Source: a bacterium (GTDB taxonomy: Bacteria > Verrucomicrobiota > Verrucomicrobiia > Chthoniobacterales > UBA6821). From it: 64,000 nucleotides of DNA. This document shows positions 29,088-38,951 of this stretch, piece after piece (the first letter of the stretch is position 1; each line of letters starts with the position of its first letter). The position numbers and the translations under genes were made by a program. The stretch lies in assembly GCA_021849805.1 (NCBI GenBank), contig JAJZSL010000002.1, positions 81,229 through 145,228 of the forward strand. The letters are read 5' to 3'. Under the pieces are notes generated by a model that saw only the letters and a list, made by a program, of their open reading frames with translations, was not told the origin of the DNA and ran no database searches.

Positions 29088-31754
29088 ATGCCTACGGAAA
29101 ATCATCCAGAAGTAGTTCGCATGGAAGAACGTGATGGGCATTTGAAAGATTGGGGACTTTGGGGGTCTTATCTCAGTGATCGTCAATGGGGGACGGTGAG
29201 AGAAGATTATTCAGCGAATGGAGATGCTTGGTCCTACTTTCCTTTTGATCATGCTCACTTACGTGTTTATCGCTGGGGAGAGGATGGTCTTCTGGGTATT
29301 TGTGATAGTGATAATCGACTCTGTTTTTCTCCTGCTTTTTGGAATGGAAAAGATTCTATTCTCAAAGAACGTCCTTTTGGACTTTCCAATCCTCAGGGAA
29401 ATCATGGAGAAGATGTGAAGGATTATTTCTATCATTTAGAAAATACTCCTTCCTATTCTTTTATGAGTGGTCTCTATAAATACCCTCAGCAAGCCTTTCC
29501 CTATGATCAACTTGTTCAAGAAAATAAAAAGCGTTCTCGTGAAGAACCAGAATATGAACTAGTTGATACAGGAATTTTTGAGGAGGGACGCTATTTTGAC
29601 ATTTTCATCGAGTATGCCAAAGCAGATGTTGATGACCTCTGTATTAGGATTCGTTCCATCAATCGAGGTCCGGAAGAGTCTCCTCTTTTTGTTTTGCCAA
29701 CACTCTGGTTTCGTAATGTTTGGTCTTGGGGGCAGAAGGATGTCATGAAGCCATTGTTTTATCTTCATGAAGAAATCATCCATGCTCAACCTTGGGGACT
29801 TGAAGAATATCTTTTTCTCTATGATGGAGAACCAGAAAAAATTCTCTTCACGGAGAATGAAACGAACAACGAGCAACTTTTTAAGTCAAAAAATGCTTCA
29901 CCCTACCTCAAGGATGCTTTTCATCGTTATCTCATCAATCACGAGCAAGCAGCCGTTAATCCTCAGCAGCAAGGAACTAAAGTAGCTCCACTCTACTACC
30001 ATCTCTTAAAACCTGGTGAAGAGTGGGTGATTCAATTGAGGCTTTGTACAAAAAAACATGCTCTCGAGCAACCCCGTGCTCACTATTTTGGTCCTTCCTT
30101 CGATCTCACAATGAAAACGAGAGAAGAAGAATGCTTGAGCTATTATCGAATGCTTCATCCTAATCTCGATGAGGAGTTTTTTTTAATACAGCGCCGCGCT
30201 TTTGCTGGTCTTCTCTGGTGCAAAAAATTTTATTACTATCCTCTGATTAATTGGCTTCGTGGAGATCCCACAATGCCGCAGCCACCGTCTGCTCGATGGA
30301 ATAGTAGTAATGCTTTTTGGAAAGAATTACATGCCCATGATCTTATTTCCATGCCAGATTCTTGGGAATACCCCTACTTTTGTAGCTGGGATCTGATGTT
30401 TCATTCTGTTGCTTTTGCACTTATTGATCCAGCAGTAGCAAAGAGGCAAAGTATTTTACTGCGAGGAGAGCGCTATACTGCTCCTAATGCTCAATCTCCT
30501 TCTTATGAGTGGTCCTTATCTGATGCAACACCACCTGTGGATGCTTGGGCCACATGGCGAATTTACTCCATTGAAAAAGCTAGAAGAGGTCTTGGCGATC
30601 ATGCTTATTTAAGGAAGGCATTTAACAAACTTTTATTAACTTATGCTTGGTGGGCAAATCGTGTTGATGCTACTGGCGAGAATGTTTTTGCAGGCGGATT
30701 CTTAGGTCTTGATAATGTGAGTGTATTTGATCGACGCTATCGTCTTCTTGATGGAAGTACCATCATGCAAAGTGATGGAACAGCATGGATGTCGATGTTT
30801 GCTCTCAATATGCTCACCATTGCTATGGAGCTTGCTAAGAGAGATGGAGAGTATGAGCATATTGCTGATAAATTCTTAAGTGACTTTGTTTATTTAGCTT
30901 CAGCTACTAATAATATCGGAACGCAAGGATACAGTCTCTGGAATGAAGAAGATGGTTTCTACTATGATGTTATTAAGCGTCCCAATGGTTCCTCAGAGCA
31001 TTTGAGGGTGCGTTCTTTAGTCGGGCTAACACCACTTTTTGCTGTCGAGAGCTTTGATATGCTCACCGTCAAAGAATCTTCAACTCTCCTGAAGCGTTTT
31101 GATTGGTTTGCTCATCATCGTCCTGAACTAATGGTTGAGCTAAAGCACCTCGAGGAAATGAGAAATGAGAAGAGGATTATTTCTCTAGTTCCTCCTAATC
31201 GACTGGTGCGTTTACTCAGTCGCCTCTTCGATGAAGAAGAATTTCTCTCTCCCTATGGTATTAGGTCACTCTCCCGTTACTACCACGATCATCCCTATAC
31301 TTTTAGGGAAGGAGCAGATTCTGGAACGGTCCAGTACGCTCCAGCAGAAAGCACAACAAGTATGTTTGGAGGAAATTCCAATTGGCGTGGTCCGATTTGG
31401 ATGCCCATGAATATGCTTCTCATTGAATCACTGCAGAAATTTTCTTACTACTACGGTGACAGTCTCAAGGTTGAGTTTCCAACAGGCAGCGGTAACTTTA
31501 TGAATCTTTGGGAAATTTCACTGCAACTGGAAGGTCGTCTCATTGCTATTTTTACTAAAAATGAAGAGGGTAGGCGTTGCTTTCATGGCCATGTTGATCT
31601 CTTTAAGAGAGACCCTCATTGGAGGGATCAAATTTATTTTAATGAATACTTTCATGGGGATACAGCTGCTGGCCTAGGAGCAAGTCATCAAACGGGTTGG
31701 ACGGCTTTGATTGCTAAGATGATTCAACAAGTTTCTTCCTATCAAGGGAAGTGA
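29088..31754 (+). CDS. GH63 / MGH1-like glucosidase (about 890-aa bacterial glucosidase family)
   Basis: 888 aa. The N-terminus WGLWGSYLSDRQWGTVREDYSANGDAWSYFPFDHAHLRVYRWGEDGL and the (alpha/alpha)6-type C-terminal half (SNWRGPIWMPMNMLLIESL, HQTGWTALIAKM) resemble this family from memory. Confidence 0.6.
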   Translation: MPTENHPEVVRMEERDGHLKDWGLWGSYLSDRQWGTVREDYSANGDAWSYFPFDHAHLRVYRWGEDGLLGICDSDNRLCFSPAFWNGKDSILKERPFGLSNPQGNHGEDVKDYFYHLENTPSYSFMSGLYKYPQQAFPYDQLVQENKKRSREEPEYELVDTGIFEEGRYFDIFIEYAKADVDDLCIRIRSINRGPEESPLFVLPTLWFRNVWSWGQKDVMKPLFYLHEEIIHAQPWGLEEYLFLYDGEPEKILFTENETNNEQLFKSKNASPYLKDAFHRYLINHEQAAVNPQQQGTKVAPLYYHLLKPGEEWVIQLRLCTKKHALEQPRAHYFGPSFDLTMKTREEECLSYYRMLHPNLDEEFFLIQRRAFAGLLWCKKFYYYPLINWLRGDPTMPQPPSARWNSSNAFWKELHAHDLISMPDSWEYPYFCSWDLMFHSVAFALIDPAVAKRQSILLRGERYTAPNAQSPSYEWSLSDATPPVDAWATWRIYSIEKARRGLGDHAYLRKAFNKLLLTYAWWANRVDATGENVFAGGFLGLDNVSVFDRRYRLLDGSTIMQSDGTAWMSMFALNMLTIAMELAKRDGEYEHIADKFLSDFVYLASATNNIGTQGYSLWNEEDGFYYDVIKRPNGSSEHLRVRSLVGLTPLFAVESFDMLTVKESSTLLKRFDWFAHHRPELMVELKHLEEMRNEKRIISLVPPNRLVRLLSRLFDEEEFLSPYGIRSLSRYYHDHPYTFREGADSGTVQYAPAESTTSMFGGNSNWRGPIWMPMNMLLIESLQKFSYYYGDSLKVEFPTGSGNFMNLWEISLQLEGRLIAIFTKNEEGRRCFHGHVDLFKRDPHWRDQIYFNEYFHGDTAAGLGASHQTGWTALIAKMIQQVSSYQGK

Positions 31755-33008
31755 TTACTCTGAAGAAGGAGGAGAGAGCTTTTCAAGTTTTTCTGTATTT
31801 GGCAAAAAAATGGTCAAAAAGCCCAATAGCGGGAGGAGAGAGCAGAGATGGAAGACAAAGCTAATGCTCGTATGATCGGCCAGAGCTCCTAGGACAACGG
31901 AGCCAATGCCAGCCATGCCAAAAGCAAGCCCAAAGAAAAGTCCGGAGATCATACCAACGTTTCCAGGAATCAGTTCTTGAGCATAAATTAAAATGGCAGA
32001 AAAAGCAGAAGCGATAATTAGTCCAATAATCGTACTGAGGATAGCAACGCCTAAGAGTGAAGCATAGGGAAGGGAAAGAGAAAAGGGAGCACTACCAAGG
32101 ATAGAGAACCAGATAATTTTTTTGCGACCAATACGATCTCCTAATGGTCCTCCCAAGAGTGTTCCAAGAGCCATTGCGAAAAGAAAAAGGAAGAGAAAAT
32201 ATTGTGCTTGTGCAATGGAGAGATGAAATTTTTTGATCAAGAAGAAAGTATAGTAGCTCATCATACTGCTGAAGTAGAAAAATTTTGAAAAAACCAGAAT
32301 GATCAAAATAGTAATCGCAAGGCCCAAGTGGCGAGTTGAAAGATGTTGGTATTTCTCTCTAGCAGCAGTCTTATTTGCAAGGCGATGAATATTTTTAGAA
32401 AACCATTTTCCAACTTTTTCTAGAATAAGAATTGCTATGAGAATTAGCAGACCAAGCCATAAGATCTGAATACGTCCATACGGTACGATAAAGAGTGCAG
32501 CAAGAAGTGGCCCAAGAGAAGTTCCCATGTTTCCTCCTACTTGAAAGAGAGACTGAGCAAGTCCATGTCGTCCACCAGAAGCCATGTGTGCGACACGTGA
32601 TCCTTCTGGATGGAAAATAGAAGCTCCCAATCCAATGAAAACAACAGCAAGAAGTACTTGATAATAATTATTTGCTGTGGCAAGAAGGAGTAGCCCCAAC
32701 AGAGAAGAGCACATTCCCAAGGCGAGAGAATAAGGTTTTGGATAGCGATCTGTATAAAATCCAATCATCGGCTGAAACACAGACCCTACGCATTGCATCG
32801 TTAGTGTGATGATTCCGATTTGAAAAAAACTCAAGTGGAATGAATTTTTCAGCAGAGGATAAATTGCTGGAACTAATGATTGTAGTACATCAGTGGTTAA
32901 ATGGCAGAAGGAGAGTGCAACTAAGAGCAGAAGGAGAGTTTGTTTTTTGTTTTTCTCTTGCTTCCTAGTTTTGCTTTGAGGAGAAAGGATAATTTTTTTA
33001 AAATTCAT
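31755..33008 (-). CDS. MFS transporter (Fsr-like)
   Basis: 417 aa with about 12 hydrophobic segments. The MFS loop motif is GPLGDRIGRKK. Its stop codon abuts the stop of the convergent glucosidase gene. Confidence 0.8.
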   Translation of the reverse strand: MNFKKIILSPQSKTRKQEKNKKQTLLLLLVALSFCHLTTDVLQSLVPAIYPLLKNSFHLSFFQIGIITLTMQCVGSVFQPMIGFYTDRYPKPYSLALGMCSSLLGLLLLATANNYYQVLLAVVFIGLGASIFHPEGSRVAHMASGGRHGLAQSLFQVGGNMGTSLGPLLAALFIVPYGRIQILWLGLLILIAILILEKVGKWFSKNIHRLANKTAAREKYQHLSTRHLGLAITILIILVFSKFFYFSSMMSYYTFFLIKKFHLSIAQAQYFLFLFLFAMALGTLLGGPLGDRIGRKKIIWFSILGSAPFSLSLPYASLLGVAILSTIIGLIIASAFSAILIYAQELIPGNVGMISGLFFGLAFGMAGIGSVVLGALADHTSISFVFHLCSLLPLLGFLTIFLPNTEKLEKLSPPSSE

Positions 33009-33035
33009 GAAATAAAATTAATCAATATTCATTGT

Positions 33036-34190
33036 TCATGTGTGCTTAGGCTTCTCTTTTTGAGAAGAGCGATTGCCTTTCATGATTTTAATGAGTAGTT
33101 CTGTTAGCAGTACAGAAGTGGAGCGTTGACCTTGCAGCAAACGGACATGAGTGTTACGACAGGCTAGAAATCCATCAAGGAGCTCTTGACGTTCAAAAGC
33201 TACAGCATTTATTGCACTGATGCCTAACCCGTAAGCATTGAGTGTACCATCTTTTTTTCTAGGAAGATGATTAGTCGCCTCAGCAGGTAGTTTCTGGAGT
33301 ATTGCCGAGAAAAAAGCAGGCTTGGCGGGAGGTTTTATTCGATGACGCTCCATGAGTTCTTTGACAAGAAGAAGGTTTCGCACTGTTGGAGTAATAGCAG
33401 CGAGAAGTAACCCTAAAGCTGATTCACCTTGATATAAAAGTTGTTCGAGTGTTTTCAAAGCAATAGGAAGGTTGCGTTGTGCTAGAGCATTACTTAAATC
33501 AAAAATTCCTCCAAGGCGAGTAAGAGGAACAAGTTGTTCAACTAATTCTTTGGTAATATAGTTACTAGCACCTGCAGCTGTACCCAGCTTGAGTAATTCG
33601 ATCTCTAGCTCTCCTGAATTAGCCCCAAGGCGTGTTGCCAATATTTCAGCTGCTTGAGGATCCAGAGAGAGAGCATGAGCATGAGCACGCTGAATCATCC
33701 ACTCAATGATGTCTTCTTCACTAGCATTGAAACCAAAGTCCGGCTTGTCACAAAGAATCAAGGTTGCTAGGGAAGAGAGTCCTTTGTAGAAAGAGCGACG
33801 TTTATCAGGTTGAGGAGCACTCATGAGAAAAGTCACTCCCTCTAAAAGGCCTGCCTGAAGAAGCACAAGTAATTCTTCTAAGGTAGATTGGACTCTTGGA
33901 GAACGCCCTGTGGGAGTTTCTTTGAGACAGGAAATATTTTTGAGCCAAACTAATTTTTTTCCTCCTAAGAATGGAAAGGTCAAGAGTGCTTGAATCGTTT
34001 TCTCCAGAGCATCTATGGTCTGATCAACAGCATCACTGCTTGCTTCAATGATCTCTAACCCAAAAATATCATGAGGGTCAGGAACTAATTCTAAGACTTT
34101 TTCTTGAGCTCTACGACGCACTTGAGATTCATCGTTTCCAGTAACAAAGTAGAGTGATGATGAAATTTTCTTGATGGAGGAAGATCCCAT
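33036..34190 (-). CDS. holA: DNA polymerase III delta subunit
   Basis: The delta-like N-terminus is YFVTGNDESQVRRRAQEKVLELV and the C-terminal region is helical. The start is trimmed to the ATG at 34190, 1 nt after the uvrB stop. The longer track ORF would overlap uvrB by 188 nt. Confidence 0.7.
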   Translation of the reverse strand: MGSSSIKKISSSLYFVTGNDESQVRRRAQEKVLELVPDPHDIFGLEIIEASSDAVDQTIDALEKTIQALLTFPFLGGKKLVWLKNISCLKETPTGRSPRVQSTLEELLVLLQAGLLEGVTFLMSAPQPDKRRSFYKGLSSLATLILCDKPDFGFNASEEDIIEWMIQRAHAHALSLDPQAAEILATRLGANSGELEIELLKLGTAAGASNYITKELVEQLVPLTRLGGIFDLSNALAQRNLPIALKTLEQLLYQGESALGLLLAAITPTVRNLLLVKELMERHRIKPPAKPAFFSAILQKLPAEATNHLPRKKDGTLNAYGLGISAINAVAFERQELLDGFLACRNTHVRLLQGQRSTSVLLTELLIKIMKGNRSSQKEKPKHT

Positions 34191-34191
34191 A

Positions 34192-36288
34192 TCAATGTTT
34201 TTGAGTCTTTTTCTTAGTAGTAGTCTTTTTCTCTGATTGAAGCTCTCTGATTTGATCGCGCAGAAGAGCCGCTTTTTCGTATTCCATTCTACTGGAAGCA
34301 GCAGCCATTTCTTTTTGTAGCTCTTGAATAAAGGCTTCTCTCTCTCGTGGCGCTTTCTCAAGAGGATTATTGGAATCATTCTGAAGCATCACTCGAAGAC
34401 TCTCTTGAAGTGGGCGTTGAACACTTCGCGGAGTAATTTTATTTTTTTGGTTGTACTCCATTTGACGGCGTCGACGATATTCCGTCACTTCTAAAAGAGC
34501 ACGGATACTATCCGTCACTGTGTCAGCAAAGAGATAGACTTCTCCATGAAGATGACGAGCAGCACGTCCAGCTGTTTGAATAAGAGAAGTCTTGCTACGA
34601 AGAAATCCTTCCTTATCAGCATCGAGAATGCAGACTAAGCTAACTTCTGGCAAATCGAGTCCTTCACGAAGTAAATTAATACCGACAACAATATCGCATT
34701 CTCCGGCGCGCAGTGATCGTAGAATTTCGACACGCTCGATGGTATCAACATCGCTATGGAGATAGGTGACGCTAAGACCTACTTCTTTTAAATAATCACT
34801 AAGATCCTCAGCTGTTCGTTTGGTGAGTGTTGTGACGAGAACACGCTCACTACGTTGCACACGAAGGCGAGCCAGCTCAATGGTTTCATCAATTTGTCCA
34901 CGAAGAGGCCGAAGAATAATACGGGGATCCAAGAGCCCAGTGGGGCGAATGATTTGTTCTACAATTAAAGGAGTGCCTTGAAGATCAACAGGGAGTTTTT
35001 CTTCAGCTGGATTGGCATGAATGCAGGAAACTTGGTCAGAGCTGATTTGAGAAGCTGCTAGAAAATGCTTATTCCCAACAAAGCTATTGTAGAGTTCAAA
35101 CTTACTGGGAGTAGCACTGATATAGAGTTTTTGTTTTTTAATGTTCATGAACTCATCAAAACTCAAGGGACGATTATCTAGAGCGCTAGGTAATCGAAAT
35201 CCATAATCTACTAAAGTCATTTTACGAGCACGATCTCCCGCATACATGCCACCAATTTGAGGAATGGTCACATGTGATTCATCAATCATAATGATGGTTT
35301 CCTCCGGTAAGAAATCCATGAGTGTATAAGGAGAGGCTCCTGGTTCTCGGGCTGTAAGATGGCGTGAATAGTTTTCAATGCCACTACAGTATCCCATTTC
35401 CTGCATCATTTCTAAATCATAGTCCGTTCGCATTTTTAAGCGTTGTGCTTCGAGGTATTTGCCATTTGCCTCTAGCCAGGCAAGACGATCTTTTAGCTCT
35501 TCTTTAATAGTGATGATGGCTTGCTGAAGTTTCTCCTTTGGTGTTACAAATTGTTTTGCTGGAAAGAGAGTCACCTCCGCTAGCTCTTCTTGAGCACGTC
35601 CACTGAGTGGATCAAAGTAAGAGAGCCGCTCGATTTCATCTCCAAAAAATTCAATTCTAACTGCTCGTTCTTCTTCTGCGGCTGGATAAACTTCAACGAC
35701 ATCACCCCGAACACGAAAGCGGCCGCGTGCAAATTCCATTTCATGCCTTTCATAGAGCATCTCGACCATACGTTGGAGAAATTCTTCACGGCCAAGATGA
35801 GCTCCTTTCTTCAAGATGAGGAGCATTTGGAAAAAATCATCTGGAGAAGCCAATCCATAGATGCAAGAAACACTTGCAACAACAATAACATCTTGCCGCA
35901 TCATCAGCGAACTAGTGGCAGAGAGACGTAATCGCTCGATTTCCTCATTAATGGAACTATCTTTTTCAATGTAGGTATCAGAGCGTGGAATATAGGCCTC
36001 GGGCTGATAATAATCGAAATAACTCACAAAGTATTCCACAGCATTATGCGGAAAAAACTGCTTGAACTCTGAGTAAAGTTGTGCAGCAAGCGTCTTATTG
36101 TGTGATATCATCAATGTGGGACGATTGAGATTTGCAATAATATTAGCTGCTGTGAATGTTTTCCCGGAACCGGTCACTCCTAAGAGCGTCTGATGGAGGT
36201 TGCCAGAACGCAGCGAAGAGCTCAGTTTTTCAATAGCCTGTCCTTGATCTCCACACGGCTGATAGTTGGCTTGCAAATCAAAGAGCAT
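34192..36288 (-). CDS. uvrB: Excinuclease ABC subunit B
   Basis: YQPCGDQGQAIEKL, Walker A GVTGSGKTFT, DESH, the beta-hairpin region, and a C-terminal UVR domain (MEYEKAALLRDQIRELQ). Confidence 0.97.
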   Translation of the reverse strand: MLFDLQANYQPCGDQGQAIEKLSSSLRSGNLHQTLLGVTGSGKTFTAANIIANLNRPTLMISHNKTLAAQLYSEFKQFFPHNAVEYFVSYFDYYQPEAYIPRSDTYIEKDSSINEEIERLRLSATSSLMMRQDVIVVASVSCIYGLASPDDFFQMLLILKKGAHLGREEFLQRMVEMLYERHEMEFARGRFRVRGDVVEVYPAAEEERAVRIEFFGDEIERLSYFDPLSGRAQEELAEVTLFPAKQFVTPKEKLQQAIITIKEELKDRLAWLEANGKYLEAQRLKMRTDYDLEMMQEMGYCSGIENYSRHLTAREPGASPYTLMDFLPEETIIMIDESHVTIPQIGGMYAGDRARKMTLVDYGFRLPSALDNRPLSFDEFMNIKKQKLYISATPSKFELYNSFVGNKHFLAASQISSDQVSCIHANPAEEKLPVDLQGTPLIVEQIIRPTGLLDPRIILRPLRGQIDETIELARLRVQRSERVLVTTLTKRTAEDLSDYLKEVGLSVTYLHSDVDTIERVEILRSLRAGECDIVVGINLLREGLDLPEVSLVCILDADKEGFLRSKTSLIQTAGRAARHLHGEVYLFADTVTDSIRALLEVTEYRRRRQMEYNQKNKITPRSVQRPLQESLRVMLQNDSNNPLEKAPREREAFIQELQKEMAAASSRMEYEKAALLRDQIRELQSEKKTTTKKKTQKH

Positions 36289-36383
36289 GGGAAGAAATCA
36301 TAGTCTGAAATACTCTTTAAAGCGAGAAGAGAGTTTTTTTCGATGCATCAGAGAATGATCCCGTTTATGATAGCTGCTTCACC

Positions 36384-37493
36384 ATGAAATCACGTGATCC
36401 TGCACTCAGATCTCTTTGGAAAAAAGTAGAGTCCCAAACGCGTTTTTCTCTTGAGGATGCCATGACTCTTTATCGCTCTAGCGATCTTGCTGCTCTGGGT
36501 GCTATGGCTAATATGGTCAGAGAGCGACTCCATGGAAACAAGGCGACCTATATTTTCAATCGTTACATTAATTATTCCAATATTTGTATTTTGAATTGTC
36601 AGTTTTGTGCTTTCGGAGCTAAAAAACGCGATGCTCATGCTTTTCAACTAGCAATTCCTCAGATTGTTGAGGTCACGGCTCAAGCATGGAAGAGGGGAGC
36701 TACTGAGATTCATATGGTTGGAGGATTGCATCCTTCTCTCCCAGCAGCATGGTATCTAGAACTTTTGCGTGAAATACGAAAGATAAGTCCTACACTTCAT
36801 CTCAAAGCTTTTACTGCTATTGAAGTAAGGCACTTGGCCTTTCGTATTTTTAAAAAACCATTACGTGAAACCTTAGAACTACTGCGGGAAGCAGGCCTTA
36901 ATACACTTACAGGAGGAGGAGCTGAAATTTTTGACCCTGTCATTCGTGATCGTATTTGTCGAGGTAAAGAAACAGCTCAAGAATGGCTTGAAGTTCATCA
37001 AACCTGGCATGAAATGGGGATGCGCAGTAATGCTACTATGCTCTTTGGCCATTTGGAAACAATCGAACATCGAGTTGATCATTTGTCTCGATTACGTCAA
37101 CTCCAAGACCAGACTCACGGGTTTACAGCTTTTCTTCCTTATGCTTTTGTTCCTGAAACAACAGCACTTGCTCATATTCCACCTGCTGGTGAAGAGGAGT
37201 GTCTTAGAAACTTAGCGGTTGCGCGACTTTTTCTCGATAACTTTGATCATATCACGGCTTATTGGATTAGTTTTGGACTACCGCTTGCAGCTCAATCACT
37301 CCACTATGGTGTTGATGATCTCCATGGGACTATTGAAGAAGAGAAAATATTTCATATGGCTGGAGCTACAACGCCAGAAGAGCAAACGGTTGAAAGCTTA
37401 GAAAAGGCTATCTCTTCTGTTGGCCGAACTCCCTTCCAGCGAGATACATTTTATCGGATTATTCAGAAATCTTCATTGCCTACTACTGGATGA
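36384..37493 (+). CDS. Radical SAM enzyme of the futalosine menaquinone pathway (MqnE/MqnC family; MqnE favoured by adjacency to mqnA)
   Basis: The CxxxCxxC cluster sits in INYSNICILNCQFCAF. The protein is about 370 aa, and its stop overlaps the mqnA start by 4 nt. Confidence 0.72.
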   Translation: MKSRDPALRSLWKKVESQTRFSLEDAMTLYRSSDLAALGAMANMVRERLHGNKATYIFNRYINYSNICILNCQFCAFGAKKRDAHAFQLAIPQIVEVTAQAWKRGATEIHMVGGLHPSLPAAWYLELLREIRKISPTLHLKAFTAIEVRHLAFRIFKKPLRETLELLREAGLNTLTGGGAEIFDPVIRDRICRGKETAQEWLEVHQTWHEMGMRSNATMLFGHLETIEHRVDHLSRLRQLQDQTHGFTAFLPYAFVPETTALAHIPPAGEEECLRNLAVARLFLDNFDHITAYWISFGLPLAAQSLHYGVDDLHGTIEEEKIFHMAGATTPEEQTVESLEKAISSVGRTPFQRDTFYRIIQKSSLPTTG

Positions 37494-38248
37494 CTCCTAG
37501 AGAAGAAGATTTTCGCTTAGGAGCTGTTTCCTATTTGAATACATTGCCTCTGATTGAAACATTAGGTTCATCTATTTATAAGGATGTTCCTGCTAATTTA
37601 ATTCACGTTTTTAATCAGGGAGTTCTTGATGCTGCACTACTTCCTATTTATGACATTTTTCAATTACCCGATCCAGAAGTTGTCCAACATATTGCCATTG
37701 CAGCTCGAGGAGATGTCTACAGCGTGATTTTAGCCTACCAAGGGGCATTAGAAAAAGTCCGCCAAGTAAGCCTAGATCCCTCTTCGCATACATCGAATCA
37801 ATTAGTAAAAGTAATTTTAGCTGAGTTTTACTCTCTTTATCCCCATTACATCGAAGAGAAGAGAGCAGATGGAACATTAGTTGAAGGGAGTGCAAAAGTG
37901 ATTATTGGTGATCCTGCGCTTCATTTTCGTCAACAAGCAAGTTGTTCTATTTTGGATCTTGGAGGAGCTTGGTATCATTTCACCAAGTTGCCTTTTGTTT
38001 TTGCTATGTGGTGCTTAAATAAAAAAACAGTTCAACGAGAATATTTAAAAAAAATGCTTCTCACTGCTAAGGAAGAAGGTTTACGGTTACGAAACGTCAT
38101 TGCAGCTAGAGAGCCCAATCCTGCTTTGGCACTCTACTATTTGACCAAATGTATTCACTATGATGTTGGTCCTAGAGAGTTAGAAGGTATCACTCTGTTT
38201 AAATCACTTTTGAAAAAACATGCTCTTGACGGAGGCGCTATTGTATAA
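37490..38248 (+). CDS. mqnA: Chorismate dehydratase MqnA
   Basis: The N-terminus RLGAVSYLNTLPL and a periplasmic-binding-protein-like size (252 aa) are characteristic of MqnA. Confidence 0.75.
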   Translation: MTPREEDFRLGAVSYLNTLPLIETLGSSIYKDVPANLIHVFNQGVLDAALLPIYDIFQLPDPEVVQHIAIAARGDVYSVILAYQGALEKVRQVSLDPSSHTSNQLVKVILAEFYSLYPHYIEEKRADGTLVEGSAKVIIGDPALHFRQQASCSILDLGGAWYHFTKLPFVFAMWCLNKKTVQREYLKKMLLTAKEEGLRLRNVIAAREPNPALALYYLTKCIHYDVGPRELEGITLFKSLLKKHALDGGAIV

Positions 38249-38307
38249 AAAGTTTGTTGATGCAGACTAGATCTACTCGAATAATCAATATAATCGATAG
38301 CTAATAG

Positions 38308-38907
38308 ATGATGACTAAACTCGGAGCTCCTCAAAAAATTTATTCTAAAGAGAGATCTTTTGTTCGAGATCAGATTCCACGAACAGCTTCTGGAATAGAG
38401 ATCTATACTCGTTTCCAAAACTACGCTTTTCGCTCCAATCCCCAAAAAAGTCCCATGGCTCGAGCTCTAGTAGCTCATGGCTATGAAGTCTCTAATCATC
38501 CTCTCTATCCTCAGTATACTGATACTGATTGGTTAGCTTCTCATGTCTCCATGAGAGGTCTGAGTATTGTTTTTCGACAGCCTACAGAGAAAGATCTCTT
38601 GGTTTGCTATATTAAAAGGGAGGGAGAACATCAGAATATGAGATCATCTCTTCTTGGTATTGCTCAATTTTTTAGTTGTTGTCGTTATGACTGTCCTGAT
38701 CTTCGTTATGTAGGAGGTCATCTTGAGAAGCAAAACAATGACATAAAGATGCGATCTCCTCTAACAATGGATCGATTAATTTCCTTCTATCATCACCATC
38801 TAGGAGATTTGGAGGCCTACCAGAGAGCAGGAACATTTTTTATTTATGCAGAGCTTCACCGTGATCAACGCTTTGAACATTTCCCTCTTTGGAAGAAATG
38901 TCGTTAA
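38308..38907 (+). CDS. Hypothetical protein (199 aa) at the left border of the T3SS locus
   Basis: An isolated ORF on the same strand as the T3SS genes. I recognise no motif. Confidence 0.4.
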   Translation: MMTKLGAPQKIYSKERSFVRDQIPRTASGIEIYTRFQNYAFRSNPQKSPMARALVAHGYEVSNHPLYPQYTDTDWLASHVSMRGLSIVFRQPTEKDLLVCYIKREGEHQNMRSSLLGIAQFFSCCRYDCPDLRYVGGHLEKQNNDIKMRSPLTMDRLISFYHHHLGDLEAYQRAGTFFIYAELHRDQRFEHFPLWKKCR

Positions 38908-38951
38908 AGAAGCTTTTTGACCTTGTGAGAAAACTGAGTTATTGCTAGCGG

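Noticed and set aside
34191-34379. N-terminal 63-aa extension of the holA ORF.
   Set aside because: It would overlap the 3' end of uvrB by 188 nt and encodes a basic, non-conserved peptide. The internal ATG at 34190 sits 1 nt after the uvrB stop and precedes the conserved delta N-terminus.
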